From Eledone cirrhosa (taxonomy: Eukaryota), in the NCBI GenBank assembly GCA_964016885.1, contig OZ024756.1, positions 22,072,001 to 22,136,000 of the forward strand: a stretch of 64,000 nt of DNA, read 5' to 3'. Below are positions 28,485-45,580 of the stretch, piece after piece. Every line of letters begins with the position of its first letter. The stretch's first letter is position 1. Position numbers and translations under genes: made by a program. The notes under the pieces are model-generated. The model worked only from the letters and a program-made list of their open reading frames with translations, was not told the origin of the DNA and ran no database searches.

Positions 28485-29445
28485 TAGTTACGGCCCTTGC
28501 CATTCTGAGTTCAAATCCCGCCGAGGTTAACTTTGCCTTTCATCCTTACGGGGTCGATAAAATAAAGTACCAGTAATGCACTGGGTAATTACTGGCCTTG
28601 TGCCAAAAGTAGAAACAATTATTACTACTATTATTATGGCGTTGGTTTGGCAGTATCGGGAGAGGGTCGGACGCCATGCTTTCCAGCATAGTTACGTCCC
28701 TTTACGATCTGAGTTCAAATCCTGCCGAGGCTGACTTGCCTTTCATCCTTACGGGGTCGATAAAATAAAGTACCAGTAATGCACTGGGTAATTGCTGGCC
28801 TTGTGCCAAAAGTAGAAACAATTATTACTACTATTATTGGGCGTTGGATTGGCAGTATCGGTAGAGGGTCGGACGTGATACTTTGCAGCATAGAGTTACA
28901 GTCCTTTATGATCTGAGTTCAAATCCCGTCGACATTAACTGCCTTTCATCCTTAGGGGGTCGATAAAATAAAGTACCAGTTACGCACTGGAGTCGATTTA
29001 ATTGACTTCCCCTCCCCCAAAATTGCTGTTCATGTGCCTATATAAGAAACCATCGTTAGATGGTCGGACACCATGCTTTCCAACATAGAGTTACGTCCCT
29101 TTACGGACTGAGTTCAAATGCCGCCGAGGTTAACTTTCCCCTTCATCCCTACAAGGTCGATAAAATAAAGTACCAGTAATGCACTGGGATAATTGTTGGC
29201 CTTGTGCCGAAAGTAGAAACAATTATTATTATTATTATCAATATGGTTAGGCTGGTGTTTGGCAGTATCGGTAGAGGGTCGGACGCCATGCTTTGTAGCA
29301 AAGAGTTACTGCCCTTTACGGACCGAGTTCAAATCCTGCCGAGGTTAACTTTGCCTCTCATCCTTACAAGGTCGATAAAATAAAGTACCAGTTATGTTCT
29401 GGGATAATTGCTGGCCTTGTTCCAAAAGTAGCAACAATTATTATC
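28485..29445 (+). mobile_element. Tandem array of about 5 SINE units
   Basis: Repeated B box/core/tail units separated by (att)n. Confidence 0.88.
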
Positions 29446-29859
29446 AATATTGTTGTATTGATCATCCCCTTCCACCCCCACCGTGGCCCCCACAAAGACG
29501 AAATAAAAATCAAAGTGTCTATTGACACAAAGATCAATCTTAATATCTATCGATAAACTTGACCTAAAGGTCTCTTTTGTCTAATTACTAAGCTGTAGTA
29601 TTTATATTTTTCATCTTTATCTCTACCGAAATTAAAATCAATCAGTCAATACATTATATATATATATATATATATATACATACATATACATATATGCAGA
29701 TATATATATACATACACACCACATATACACACACATATATACATATATACACACACACATATACACGTATGTATATATATACATACACACACATACACGT
29801 ATGTATATATATACATACACACACACATACACGTATGTATATATATATACACATACACG

Positions 29860-29898
<39 letters not shown>

Positions 29899-29910
29899 TA
29901 TACACACACG

Positions 29911-29941
<31 letters not shown>

Positions 29942-30173
29942 TATATATATTTACATATATATATACATATATACACACACATATATATATATATACATAT
30001 ATACACAAACATATATATATATACATATATACACACACGTATATATATATATATATATATAATATATATATATATACATATTTATATATATATATACATA
30101 TTTATTATATATATATATATACATATTTATAATATATATATATACATATTTATATATATATATATATACAAAT

Positions 30174-30205
<32 letters not shown>

Positions 30206-30211
30206 CATATT

Positions 30212-30245
<34 letters not shown>

Positions 30246-30252
30246 CATATTT

Positions 30253-30283
<31 letters not shown>

Positions 30284-30372
30284 CATATTTATATATACAT
30301 ATATATACATATACATATTTATATATATATATACATATTTATATATATATACATATACATACATACATTCAC

Positions 30373-30405
<33 letters not shown>

Positions 30406-31031
30406 CATACATAAATATATGCAAGAAGCTCAGTCTTTCATTGAAAGATTAACAAAAATACATCAAAATGATATATGGATGTAAAAATAAAAACTACAGC
30501 AAAAACTTATACAAAGACTTATATTAGAAAAGAAACAACAACAACAACAACAACAAAAACATGACAAACAAAATTCAAAGAGAAACGATGACTCTGCTCT
30601 ATAAACATTTCTACGGCTTTTTAAATCAATGTTTGTTTATTTGGCAAGTATATTGGAGAGTAGAGACAGTGGAGTGTCAGATATATTAGACTTGGGCTCA
30701 ATTTGTTTATGTCTCTTTAAGTTTCTCAGTTCTTATTTTATGCTGTTCGATTTTGTCTCTTTCTGTTTGTTGCGCATCGATAAAATAAGTAGCACTCAAT
30801 TTACTGAATTCGATTCACTTAACTATATACTCTTCGATAATATTTGTGTTTATCTGTGTGTATCTGTGTGTATATATGTCACAGCATGTATATGTGTGTA
30901 AGTGTGCGTGTATGTGTGTGAGAGAGAGAGCAAGAGAGAATGAGACAGAGAGAGAGAACAAAATGAGAAAGAGAGAGAGAGAAGAAAATGAGAGAGAGAG
31001 AGACAGAGACAGTGAGAGAAGAAAATGCGAG

Positions 31032-31100
<69 letters not shown>

Positions 31101-32098
31101 CTTATGAGAGAATAAAATGAGAGATAGACTGTGTGAGAGGATAAAATGAGAGAGAGAGAGAGAGAAAAAGAATAAAATGAGAGAGAGAGAAAGAGACTGT
31201 GTGAGAGAATAAAATGAGAGAGAGAGAGAGAAAAAGAATAAAATGAGAGAGAGAGAAAGAGACTGTGTGAGAGAATAAAATGAGAGAGAGAGAGAGAAAA
31301 AGAATAAAATGAGAGAGAGAGAGAGAGAGCGAGAGAGAAAGAGAAGAAAATGAGAGGGAGAAAGAGAAGAAAATGAGAGGGAGGGAGAAAGGGAAGAAAA
31401 TAAAAGAGAGAGGGAGAGAGAGAGCGAGAGAGAGAGGGAAATCTAAAGCATTAGAACTCCCACTATCACCACCTCCAACTCTCTCGCCCTCCCTTCTCTC
31501 ATGTATACCAGATCCGAACACAGAGGAGCCAAACTCCCACTGTCATCGCCTCCATCTCTCACGCCCTCCCCATCTCTTACTGTTATGAGAAAATGGGGTT
31601 CTACGCCCCGGCGGACAGAATAGAGAAGGGGTTTGCCCGGAGATGGTAAGCGAGATGCGCTGGAATATTCATTCCATCTCGCGAGGCTCACACCTGCGGC
31701 TAGACAGCTCAGCGCCTATGGTGGTGAGTGGGGAGGTAGCCCTAGGGCCAGGGACGGCAGAAGTCTCCACAAGTAGGGGCACGACGGAGAGCGATCGATT
31801 GTCCTCCTTTCCGTTGATTTCTCTTGGCTAAACAGAGCATTATTTATTCAAAATTATGTTTAGGTATTATACTAAGATACTGTATTAAGAGCAGAGGAAG
31901 TAAAAAAAATATATTTAAGGAAAATATATATTTTTATCTGCATCATGTCCATTAATATGTATATATATTTTGATACACACATTCGCAGATGCATACATAC
32001 ACACTCACACACATACATTATATAGATAGATACACACTCACACACATACATTATATAGATAGATACACACACACACACATATATATATATATAAATAT

Positions 32099-32133
<35 letters not shown>

Positions 32134-32183
32134 GGGCGGTGCCCCAGCATGGCCTCAGCCGGATGGCTGAAACAGGTAAAAGA

Positions 32184-35030
<2,847 letters not shown>

Positions 35031-35289
35031 TGCGTCTGTGTATGAAACGTATTTACTTTTATTGCGCCAAAAAGCAATTAATCTCTTGACTATCAAATAA
35101 CTGCATACGTCATGTAGGTTAGGATTGGAGTCAGGACAATGGGAAGTGAGATAGCTGCGGGAATCGAACAACGCATCTACATCGACTAATTCGACTATTT
35201 TGACTAAATATATGAAACGAGGAAGCGTGTCACGATAAATCATATAATTTTCAAATGTTCCTATTTGCCTAATGTCTTCCTCTACTTTT

Positions 35290-35560
35290 CGGTTTACTTA
35301 TATTTCTAGTCAACTGTTATGAGTTCTATTTAGGCGGTGAAAAATTCGCTCTTTCAGCGCATCTCCCTTACCATCGTCCGGGGAAACGCCTTCTCCCAGC
35401 TGTCCGCCGGGGCTGTGGAGAGGCCAGCACGTGGAACTCCATTTGCTCACCATACAGAGAGATGGCGAGGGCGAGAGAGAGAGATGGCGGCGATGACAGT
35501 GGGAGTTCGGCTCTTCCATGTTCGGACCATATATTGTGGTTGTATTCATTCTCTATAGAG
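35290..35560 (-). repeat. Unclassified GC-rich interspersed repeat (also about 31500-31690 on + and 55270-55435 on -)
   Basis: Shared ccgaac...gagccgaactcccactgtcatcgcc segment in three places. Confidence 0.7.
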
Positions 35561-36121
35561 TTCATCCTGGTTATTTATCTGTGCAATTTATATAGAGCTA
35601 GATCCCCTGTTACGATTGCAAGCGTCCGGGTTATTACTAAGCAGTGGCACTGACATAGCGTCTTTTATTATAGAGGTATATGAAGACACATGCGATATGC
35701 CCTATATTTCATACACAAAATGTATAAAAGCTATATCTTACTCTTGGATAGTACCGACCGAGTACATTTCCTCCATTAACGATAGATATCCAGAAGCACG
35801 TGTCTGGCGTTCTCACATGGCTACAGAGATAGCGATGACATGATCACGTGTTAACATATTTATAGCGAGACCTGTGTATGTTTACGAGGGTCAGCTGAAA
35901 TTCCATCGCCTGAAAAGTTCATAAGCTGACCAAGATACTATCATGGATTGACCAAATGAGTTTTTCTTTTTTCAATATAGTCCCCGGAAAGAAACAATGC
36001 AATTATTAATAAGAGGAGTGGAAATTAATGCATGCAAGATTTCGCAGCTCTAACATCACTCCTTCATAGTCAGCCTATCAAAGTTTTAGCCGACCCTCGT
36101 ATAATTCAATTCTTTCGTATG

Positions 36122-36305
36122 AGCGGTGGATTGGCAGTATCGGTAGAAGGTCGGATGTCATCCTTTGCAGCAAAGAGTTACGCCCTTTTACGGTCTGATT
36201 TTAAATCCCACCGAGGTTAACTTTGCCTTACATCCTCGATAAAATAAAGTACCAGTAATCCACTGGGATAATTGCTGGCCTTGTGCCAAAAGTAGAAACA
36301 GTTGT
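36122..36305 (+). mobile_element. tRNA-derived SINE
   Basis: Same family motifs. Confidence 0.8.
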
Positions 36306-37869
36306 TTTATGCTATTACTGGTTTCAGTCTTGAGGCCACAGTCCTACTGGAGCAATACTTTCAAGAGATTAAGTTCGTCATATCGATTCCTCTATGTTAA
36401 CTATATCTTTTGCCGAATCGTAAAGATAGCTTTCGTATAAAAGGACGTCATTCAAGCGGAACTGAATACTTGCTTTCTATCGTAAACTGGCAAATTGCCG
36501 CATTAAAGCCATCTAATTAGAACTAGGAATAGAATGTAGCTCATTAAACAATTTTTAAGGCTCTTAGTTATAAAAAAGCCGCTATCTGGTTTCAGGCAGT
36601 TGTGAAACAAACTTCGTCAAGTACATGAAACCAGTCTATTGTGGTACATGCTATAGATAGTAGCTGGAAGATCTAAACAACTATTAAAAGTAATATTAGA
36701 ATCCATAATGAAGCGCCTGAAAAGAGATTTCAACTCGTGACCTTCAGGTTTAATACATTCTCCACTTTGCATGTATATAGAATAGTGGGCAGAGTATTAC
36801 AAGTATTTCATGGTATGGCAGTAGACAAAGCTAAAGAATAACGTGTGACATGTCAGATATTATCGCTTTGGAGGGTTAGTAATCATATTATCAATTCTTA
36901 ATTTTTTTCGTCCATTCTTAGCCGAAATGCTATGAGATAATCAATCATTTAAACCAAAAGAAAATGCACACAGAATTTGACCAACCAGTCCACAGATCTT
37001 AATTTTGGTGTACAAATTGTATGAAGAGTAGATTGATATCATTCATCCAAAGCTGAGTCTCTAAGAGCAGTAACTCGGAGTATTTCGATACCACGCCTGA
37101 AGATAAGGTGCACTTTTGAAATTTTAAAAATTAAAAAACATATTTTGTTCTTTATATTCCAGAAATATATAAATATTCTCAGAACTTTATTATGAAATTT
37201 ATCTAAATTTTCCACGAATTAAAAAATTAAAATAAAATATATCGTCAAATTTCTAAAAAGCTTTTGATACTGTGCTTTGGATATTATTAGGTGCCAGAAA
37301 AAATATTGTTAGAAATCATAAACATCATTGAATACGCCAGAACATTTGCAAATCTTTACAAAGTGCGAAATTTAGAAAAAAAAAAAAAAAAAAAATGTGT
37401 AAAATTTCTTAAAATGCTCAAAACAAAATTCGTTTAAAATTTCCATAAGATGAATAATTCAATTATTCGAATTTTCTAAAAGATTCTAAAAAAAATCACT
37501 TGCTGAAAATGTTTTTAATATATTCTAAAATTTAAAACTTCAAGGGCAAAAAAACAAACAAACAAAACATGTTTATATATATAGTTAGCTGAAAATATAT
37601 GTGACATTTATGTGTGTGTGAGTGTGCGTGTTCATATATATATATATATACACGAACACACATATATATGTATATTTATATATATGTATACATACGTGTG
37701 TGTGTGTATAGGTTTTAGGATGATGATAAATTTATTAAAATATTTGCTATTGTTATTGAGATGACACACACATATATATATAATAAATACATAACATATA
37801 TACATATAATATACATATATATATATATACTTATATATATATATAATAGATATATATACTTATATATAT

Positions 37870-37920
<51 letters not shown>

Positions 37921-38198
37921 ATATATACTTATATATATCTATAATATATATATATATATATATACTTATATATATCAATAATATATATATATATACTTAT
38001 ATATATCTATAATATATATATATATATATACTTATATATATCTATAACATATATATATATATACTTATATATATCTATAATATATATATATACTTATTCA
38101 TTAGTTAAGAAAAACAAGACCACAAACTTCACAAGGAAGACATTATTAAAAGATTGTCAACATATTTTAGTTTGATGTAAGGAATTTGATGTAAGGAA

Positions 38199-39934
38199 TT
38201 TGATATAGACAGCTATTACGCGTCAATAACCCCGGAACTGCTCAAGAAAGCACAAGCCCTAGCCACCACCAACTCGGACATAACCAATAATGAGATTAAC
38301 ATCATACTCATGGCTAGGCAGACTATCATTGAATTCAACGGAGCACTCGGGACTAGAAAAGATAGAACAGACAACTTTGACATTACGATGGGCTCAAGTG
38401 ACTCCGCGCAAATCACCGATTTAGTTGGGATTTACCTATTACGTAACATCAGAGCCGAAATCCAACCCATGCAAGGCGGAATATACAGGGATGACGCCCT
38501 ATTTGCCGTCCACAATTGCACTAATCGGGGAATCGATTTGCTAAAGAAACAATTTCATAGATTCTTCAAAAATAACGGTCTCTCTATCACCATCGAGCTG
38601 AACCATAAAGTAGTAAACTTCCTAGACGCCACCCTTGATCTCGACAATAACCTTTATAACCCTTACCATAAACCAGGCGAAATACTCACATATATTAGCC
38701 CACACTCTAACCACCCACCGGCAGTCATCAGAGCAGTAATCAAATCTATCTCCTATAGGATCTCAATGCTATCAGCAAATGAAGAGATATTTATAAACCA
38801 CGCACAATATTATAATAAGGCTCTCTCTGAATCTGGTTATAAACAATCAATTTATTACATACCAAAATGCCATAACACGGCAACTCACCATAATAAACTT
38901 AACACTAGAACTAGAAATACCTTAGCATATAGCCAGATTCGCCGGAATCTTAGCAGTAACAGCACCTATACAGGGAACTTTAATGGTGGCAGCGGCCTGC
39001 TCCCCACTCCAAGTAGCAAACTAAGAATCAACCCTAAAATAGGAATGAGGAATGGGATGACAAATAACAAACCCCCAGGTAATAATAACCCTAGGAAGGC
39101 CCCTACCAACTCCACTAGAACCCCTAGAAGGAATAGACCTAGAAATATCACCTGGCTTAACCCAACATTCTCATCTAATCTAGCCACTAATATCCCCAAA
39201 CGCTTCTTCTCTATCCTATCCAAACACTTCCCCCTAACCATAGATATTACAAACTCTTTAATAAAAACAACATTAAAATCTCATTCTCCACAACACCTAA
39301 CCTAGCTAGCCACATCGCGTTCAGTAACCATCATAAGCTAAGACAGTATAACTCCCACACCGCGGTAGCACCACCCCTATCAAATACACCACGCCACTAC
39401 ACCAATAATTACTCGAGTAGCACACCTCTCCCATCTAATCCTTCTAGCACGGACCAACTGCTTAGGTTAAACAACCCTACTCTCACTAACCGCAGAAGAA
39501 ACGGCAACTGCCGGTACCCCAATGCATGCCCATTAAATGGACACTGCCTGACACCCAACATAGTCTATAGGTGCACAGTTGAGACTGCTTCGAATACCAG
39601 CTCTTATATCGGGTCTACCTCCAACCCTTTTAAGGTACGCTATAACGCGCACTCTTTTTCCTTCCGAGACCCTAGCAACAGATGTTCGACATCGCTAGCT
39701 AGGCTCATTAAAAACCTTAAATTAAACAAAGTTCAACACTTACTAAAATGGGATATCGTAGTTAGGGCCCAACCGTTCAATGGACGAAGGAAATCTTGTG
39801 ATCTCTGTGTTACGGAAGCATATTACATAACTCTATCACGACCTCTACCGATTAACGATAGAACGGAGGTAACCATTAGCTGTCAACACCGACGGGCTAA
39901 TTCCTTCGCCAATAGAGTTTTTGACCCAACTTAG
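38199..39934 (+). pseudogene. PLE reverse transcriptase + GIY-YIG endonuclease, one frameshift near 39230-39240
   Basis: FDIDSYYASI, FDITMGSSDSAQITDLVG, YRDD, VNFLD, SNHPP; after the shift: HRYYKLFNKNNIKISFS, CRYPNACPLNGHC, NIVY...YIG, CDLCVTE, CQH, then TAG at 39932-39934. Confidence 0.9.
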
Positions 39935-40296
39935 TCATGTAGCCCCATCTCTAATTGTAGCTAATAAGTTAAATTGCTATGAACAGCTCGATAATTATAA
40001 GTTACCTCCCCTACATTGTCTCTCAATTAAATAATTTAAATACTAGCACTATAAAATACACACAATCTCTAATCTCTCGAGAAGTTACTTCCCCTGAAAC
40101 CACCATCTAATTAGTAAGGTAAATATGCCCTTTGGCAGCCATCTTGTTACCCATAGGCAGATCTCACACAATGCAGCCTTGACAGATAAATACTTCTTGA
40201 TTATGGCTGACAGCTGATGCAACCAAGACACATAGAAAAAAACCAATATATGGAACATTATATTATGTAACATTATTTTAATTTATATTCCTTTGA

Positions 40297-40402
40297 GTTC
40301 CGATGAGCCACTCTGTTTTTTTAAATATGTTAATTATTTTCAACTGAACCAGATCAATTACGATCCAGAAATATTATATGGAGTAGCGAAACAATTGTAA
40401 AC
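40297..40402 (+). ncRNA. Hammerhead ribozyme motif in the PLE pLTR
   Basis: GTT-CCGATGA-GCCACTC...GAGTAGC-GAAAC-AATT-GTA-AAC (short stem I, long stem II, palindromic stem III). Confidence 0.7.
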
Positions 40403-40719
40403 GGACATTATTATTATTAATATTATTATTATTCTCTACATTCCTTACATCAAACTAAAATATGTTGACAATCTTTTAATAGTGTCTTCCTTGTGAAGTT
40501 TGTGGTCTTGTTTTGCTTAACTAATGAATATTTCCAGCTCTGCGCACCTACTTCTGCATGAACCCAGCCACCTAGCTGCTTTCTACTGCATATTGCACAT
40601 TGAGCACATGCCTTTACGCTTTGGCTTCTAACTAACTCACTAACTCACTAATCTTTCTTCTCATTACTCCTCTACTATCTCCATCTCTCTCTTTAAGATT
40701 GGTTACTCTTGAACTGCGT

Positions 40720-40739
40720 ATTTATATACTTATATATAT

Positions 40740-40796
<57 letters not shown>

Positions 40797-41635
40797 TTCT
40801 ATATATCTATTATATATATATACTTCTATATATCTATAATATATATATATATATATATAAATATATATATACTTATATATATCTATAATATGTATATATA
40901 TATAAATATATAATATACTTATATATATCTATAATATGTATATATATATAAATATATAATATACTTATATATATCTATAATATATATATATATAAATATA
41001 TATATACTTATATATATCTATAATATATATAAAAATATACTTATATATATCTATAATATATATATATACTTATATATATCTATAATATATATATATTTAC
41101 TTATATATATCTATAATATATATATATATATACTTATATATATCTATAATATATATATATATATACTTATATATATACTTATATATATCTATAATATATA
41201 TATCTATAATATATATATACTTATATATATCTATAATATATATATCTATAATATATATATAGTTATATATATCTATAATATATATATCTATAATATATAT
41301 ATAGTTATATATATCTATAATATATATATCTATAATATATATATACTTATATATATCTATAATATATATATATCTATATATATATATATATACTTATATA
41401 TATCTATAATATATATATATATATATACTTATATATATCTATAATATATATATATATATATACTTATATATATCTATAATATATATATATATATATACTT
41501 ATATATATCTATAATATATATATATATACATACTTATATATATCTATAATATATATATATACTTATATGTATCTATAATATATATATATATATATATACT
41601 TATATGTATCTATAATATATATATATATATATATA
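40720..41635. repeat. tatacttatatatatctataa minisatellite; the same unit occurs at about 37825-38094
   Basis: Same unit on both sides of the PLE. Confidence 0.9.
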
Positions 41636-41817
41636 GTAATAATAATAAATTTGAAGACTAACACCCAAAGAGAGCTCGATAAGGATAAATATATATCAAA
41701 TATATAAGAACCGTAGAGCAAAAATATATTAAAATAACAGATTAAAGTTCAAGCAAAGAATCGCTGCTTTCACCCTTAAGCAGCGATTCTTTGCTTAAAC
41801 TTTAATCGGTTATTTTA

Positions 41818-41874
<57 letters not shown>

Positions 41875-42259
41875 CATCGTCAATACCAATAGCATCGAAG
41901 ATTTTAATAGACTTAACGCCATCCTAAAACAACGCTTGATAAATATATCCAATACTAAAATCTATTTGTTTTCCATTTCACTTACATTTCAGAATAGGTT
42001 AATGGTGAACCAACACAGAGGCACTTACAAGGTTACTCGATCTACTAGAAATAGCAACCAATTCTGTCTCAAATACTCACTTAATCTCTTAATGTATTCC
42101 ACACCACCTGACGGAATCGTAGGAGCACCTTCATGACAAAATGCGTTTCATGGGAATTTTAAGCCCGGCAAAATGCAGCCCTCTCCTAGTCTGAACACAG
42201 CAGATTTCTTCCAGAGAAAGACAGACATTCATATGAAGGAAGGGAGAAAGAGACGTAGA

Positions 42260-42685
42260 GGATGAAGAATCGGCTCCCAGAATTTGACTGGTACTTTTTT
42301 TATCGACCTCGAAAGGATGAAATTCAAAGTTGGCCTAGACCTGATTTGAACTCAGAGAGCCGGACCGAATACTGCAAAGCATTCTATCCGATGTTTAAAC
42401 GACTCTGCTAATTTGTCACCTTGTAAACCACACATAACCGTCGTAAAGAAAGCGAGGACCTATTAGATAATGTAGTTAGTTCTATTACTCATAAAGTAGA
42501 ATGAAAAGGTCTGAATTGCCGTTGATAAGATGTTTGCTGGATAACAGATATATCCGTGCTAAATAATAATTGTTTCTACTTTTGGCACAAGGCCAGCAAT
42601 TACCCAGTGCATTACTGGTACTTTATTTATCGACCCCGTAAGGATGAAAGGCTAAGCGAACCTCAGCGGGATTTGAACTCAGAAT
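42260..42685 (-). mobile_element. Two partial SINE copies
   Basis: Reverse-complement core and B box. Confidence 0.7.
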
Positions 42686-43707
42686 GAATTATATATTAAT
42701 AATATTACTTATTTCAAAATGCATTCATATGAGAGTTCTTTTACTTTATAACAGGTTTCAGTCATAAAGCCACAGTCATATCGGAGTCAGGCGTTTACAT
42801 GTTTTAGCCGAGCGTATCAAATCTAGTATATTTTTAGTATTTCTTTTACAGAATCGTAAAAACAACTTAGGTATAAAGGCGCGTAATTCAATAGCACAGA
42901 GTATGTTTTCTTTGATGTATTGATTGTGTGCAACCATCCGTCGCGTATAAGCAACGTATTATACATATGTTCACAGAGTATTTTGCTAAAAAAAACAACA
43001 ACAAAAAACAGCAAATTAAATACATATATGCATACATTCGCACCCGAGAAAACTCACACAGCAGCGTATTCACTTGTAATGCATGTATTACAAAACTAAT
43101 GCCGCCATCGTAAGGTAGTGAATTCGACTCCCTGTGTTACGTATTCATTTTGAGCGAGAAAAAGGCACTTTATTTCTTATTCATCAACTAAGCTGTTAAA
43201 TATATGCTGTACCAGTACTTCAGAGCAGCAGCTGAGTCACACTAGGCATTATGGAGAATTTTCATGCGAACTACGTCAACAGTACACATGTCTGATTCCT
43301 TGCAGTTAATTTAGTGAGCAGGTCGTAACATTGTTTGAATAACTGGAACGTGTGACGTTGGTGCCGATGGATGTTCAACGCACACACACAAACTCAGTCA
43401 CATATACACATATGTACACACCCAAACTCAGTCACACACACACATCTCTCTCTCTATATATATGTATACATACATAAAAATAACAAAAATAAAAATGCTG
43501 ATGTTACATACATCGTTTAATTATAATTATTTCCACGGTTCTCCCATGCAATCAAGAAGTCTTTCATGCATTTGTTGTTATGAGAACGGTATCCTTAGAT
43601 GAAAACCGATTTGGTGATATACTGCCGGCAGGAAAAAACACACGTCCAGCAGACATATATATATATAGGAGGAAGTTATAGTTCACTTGAAGCATTGTGT
43701 AATGAGG

Positions 43708-44061
43708 TATAAACGTTTGAATTTGTAAAGCCAAAACAATGCAGGTGTGGACATAGAATAAAAAATGCAAATGCAGAAGATATTTTTCACAATAAGTCTT
43801 TTACGTTAGATTTATTTAAATGTCCTTAATTTTCGAGATAATATCTCTTCTTCGGAGGGAAGTAAAGCGGTTAAACCAGTGTTCTAAATTAGAACACTGG
43901 TTTAACCGCTTTATTTCCCTCCGAAGAAGAGATATTATCTCGAAAATTAAGGACTTTTAAATAAATCTAACGTAAAAGACTAATTGTCAACAATATCTTC
44001 TGCATTTGCATTTTTTATTCTATGTCCATACCTGCATTGTTTTGGCTTTACAAATTCAAAC

Positions 44062-44068
<7 letters not shown>
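43708..44068. mobile_element. Near-perfect hairpin (arms about 180 bp) with a minimal hammerhead-like motif on each arm
   Basis: Centre at about 43887; plus 43917-43953: CCT-CCGAAGA-aGAGATAtTATCTC-GAAA-ATT-A-AGG. Confidence 0.7.
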
Positions 44069-44100
<32 letters not shown>

Positions 44101-44189
44101 TGTCTGTGCTAATTTTGGGTAAAATCAATACCTATAAAATTTATATCAATAGTGTTTCTCAGTATATGCTTTATAAGCTTCAAAACAGC

Positions 44190-44234
<45 letters not shown>

Positions 44235-44556
44235 ATAAACTCCATCACATTGGTTCCACATAAACACACATAGCATTTGCAAATTCTGAACAAATTCCGC
44301 ATGTAAACGACACATCCTAAACACGCATAAATATGCATTGAAAATTAAATTCACACGCTTTAATAAAAATGAAGAAATACTCATTCGTACATAGGATACC
44401 TTTCAAGTCCACGCCCACACACATCTCTATACGAAATTCACACCGGCATATTTGCACACAAAAGCACGTGTACACAATCTCGAGCTCACAATAAATTTGA
44501 TAGAAAAAGAAAGCACAGAGTAAATAAATATACAAGTACACAGATTTATATAAATA

Positions 44557-44756
44557 CAGGGTGGCCCAAAAGTTACACAGGGGTCGCAACTGTCTTTTAT
44601 TTTTTTTATTTTATTTTCACAAGAAATGTAGAGGTGTGACAAGGATTGAGGAGTGCAAAATAATTTAAATTATGTCCTTTATGTGTATCAAAATTTTATA
44701 CATCAATCTTTAAGTTAATAAAAACTAAACCCGTGTGTGACTTTTGGGCGACCCTG
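44557..44756. mobile_element. Tc1/mariner-type MITE
   Basis: TIRs cagggtggcccaaaagttacaca / tgtgtgacttttgggcgaccctg; TA flank. Confidence 0.75.
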
Positions 44757-44998
44757 CATATATATATATATATATATACATGTACATTTATATAAACAGA
44801 GGCCCACATTCACACACAAAGTGACACAATAAAGGCTAAATAGGCGTAGTTTGGTAAGTACTTACATGTCGCTACCTCTCACGTCATACCCTGTAACCTT
44901 GCTGTCGACCTTGTATCTTGCGTGAGTTGTCATGATTTGTTTATTGATGTCAACCATTTCCGATTTACTTACACGATAAAAGCCTCACCTTGCCATTC

Positions 44999-45067
<69 letters not shown>

Positions 45068-45078
45068 ATTCCTAAAGA

Positions 45079-45163
45079 GGTCCGACGAACCTTTGATTCC
45101 AGAGTCGGGATAGATCGATACATATCGAACCTTGAGTTGATCAGTAGCGAAACGCGCGTCACC
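45079..45163 (+). ncRNA. Hammerhead motif with degenerate 5' core and a GUC site
   Basis: GGT-CCGACGA-(about 60 nt)-GAAAC-GCGC-GTC-ACC; the 3' half recurs at 50711-50725 and a similar tail at about 2675-2715. Confidence 0.62.
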
Positions 45164-45327
45164 AACCAATGAACGTAATGAAGACGTAACCATTCGTCCT
45201 TGTATAATTATTATTATTATAATTGTGTGTGTGTGTGTGTCTGTATGTCTGTGTCTGTGTGTCCGTGTCTGTGTGTGTGTTTTCTATTGCTTGATGTCGC
45301 CAGAAATAAATTACCATAGATGCATGA

Positions 45328-45580
45328 CACCGTGGCCTAGTAGTAAGGGCATTGGACTTACGACCATAATGTCATGGGTTCGATTCCTGGGCTGCGTGTT
45401 GTGTTCTTGAGCAAAACACTTCATTTCAAGTTGCTCCAGTATACTCAGCTGAAAATGAGTACCAACAATAGCTGGGGATTTAACTCTGTGATTGACTGGC
45501 GTCTTGTCCAGGGGTGAGTCGTGTACTCTCAGTCGCTTCATGCCATGAAGCCCGGATAAGCACCGGCCAAATGAGCTCTC
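45328..45580 (+). mobile_element. Second tRNA-derived SINE family (degenerate relatives near 26145 and 49835)
   Basis: A box TGGCCTAGTAG, B box GGTTCGATTCC, gtgttcttgagcaaaacacttcatttc. Confidence 0.7.

Larger units (their letters stand above)
38095..40720 (+). mobile_element. Penelope-like retroelement (PLE), 5'-truncated, with an inverted pLTR fragment at the 5' junction
   Basis: RT + GIY-YIG coding region; 38095-38185 is the reverse complement of 40440-40530; hammerhead motif in the 3' pLTR. Confidence 0.92.

Noticed and set aside
28485-29445. CRISPR-like repeat array (also the 48-bp repeat at 51445)
   Set aside because: No unique spacers and no cas genes; eukaryotic tandem SINEs and a minisatellite
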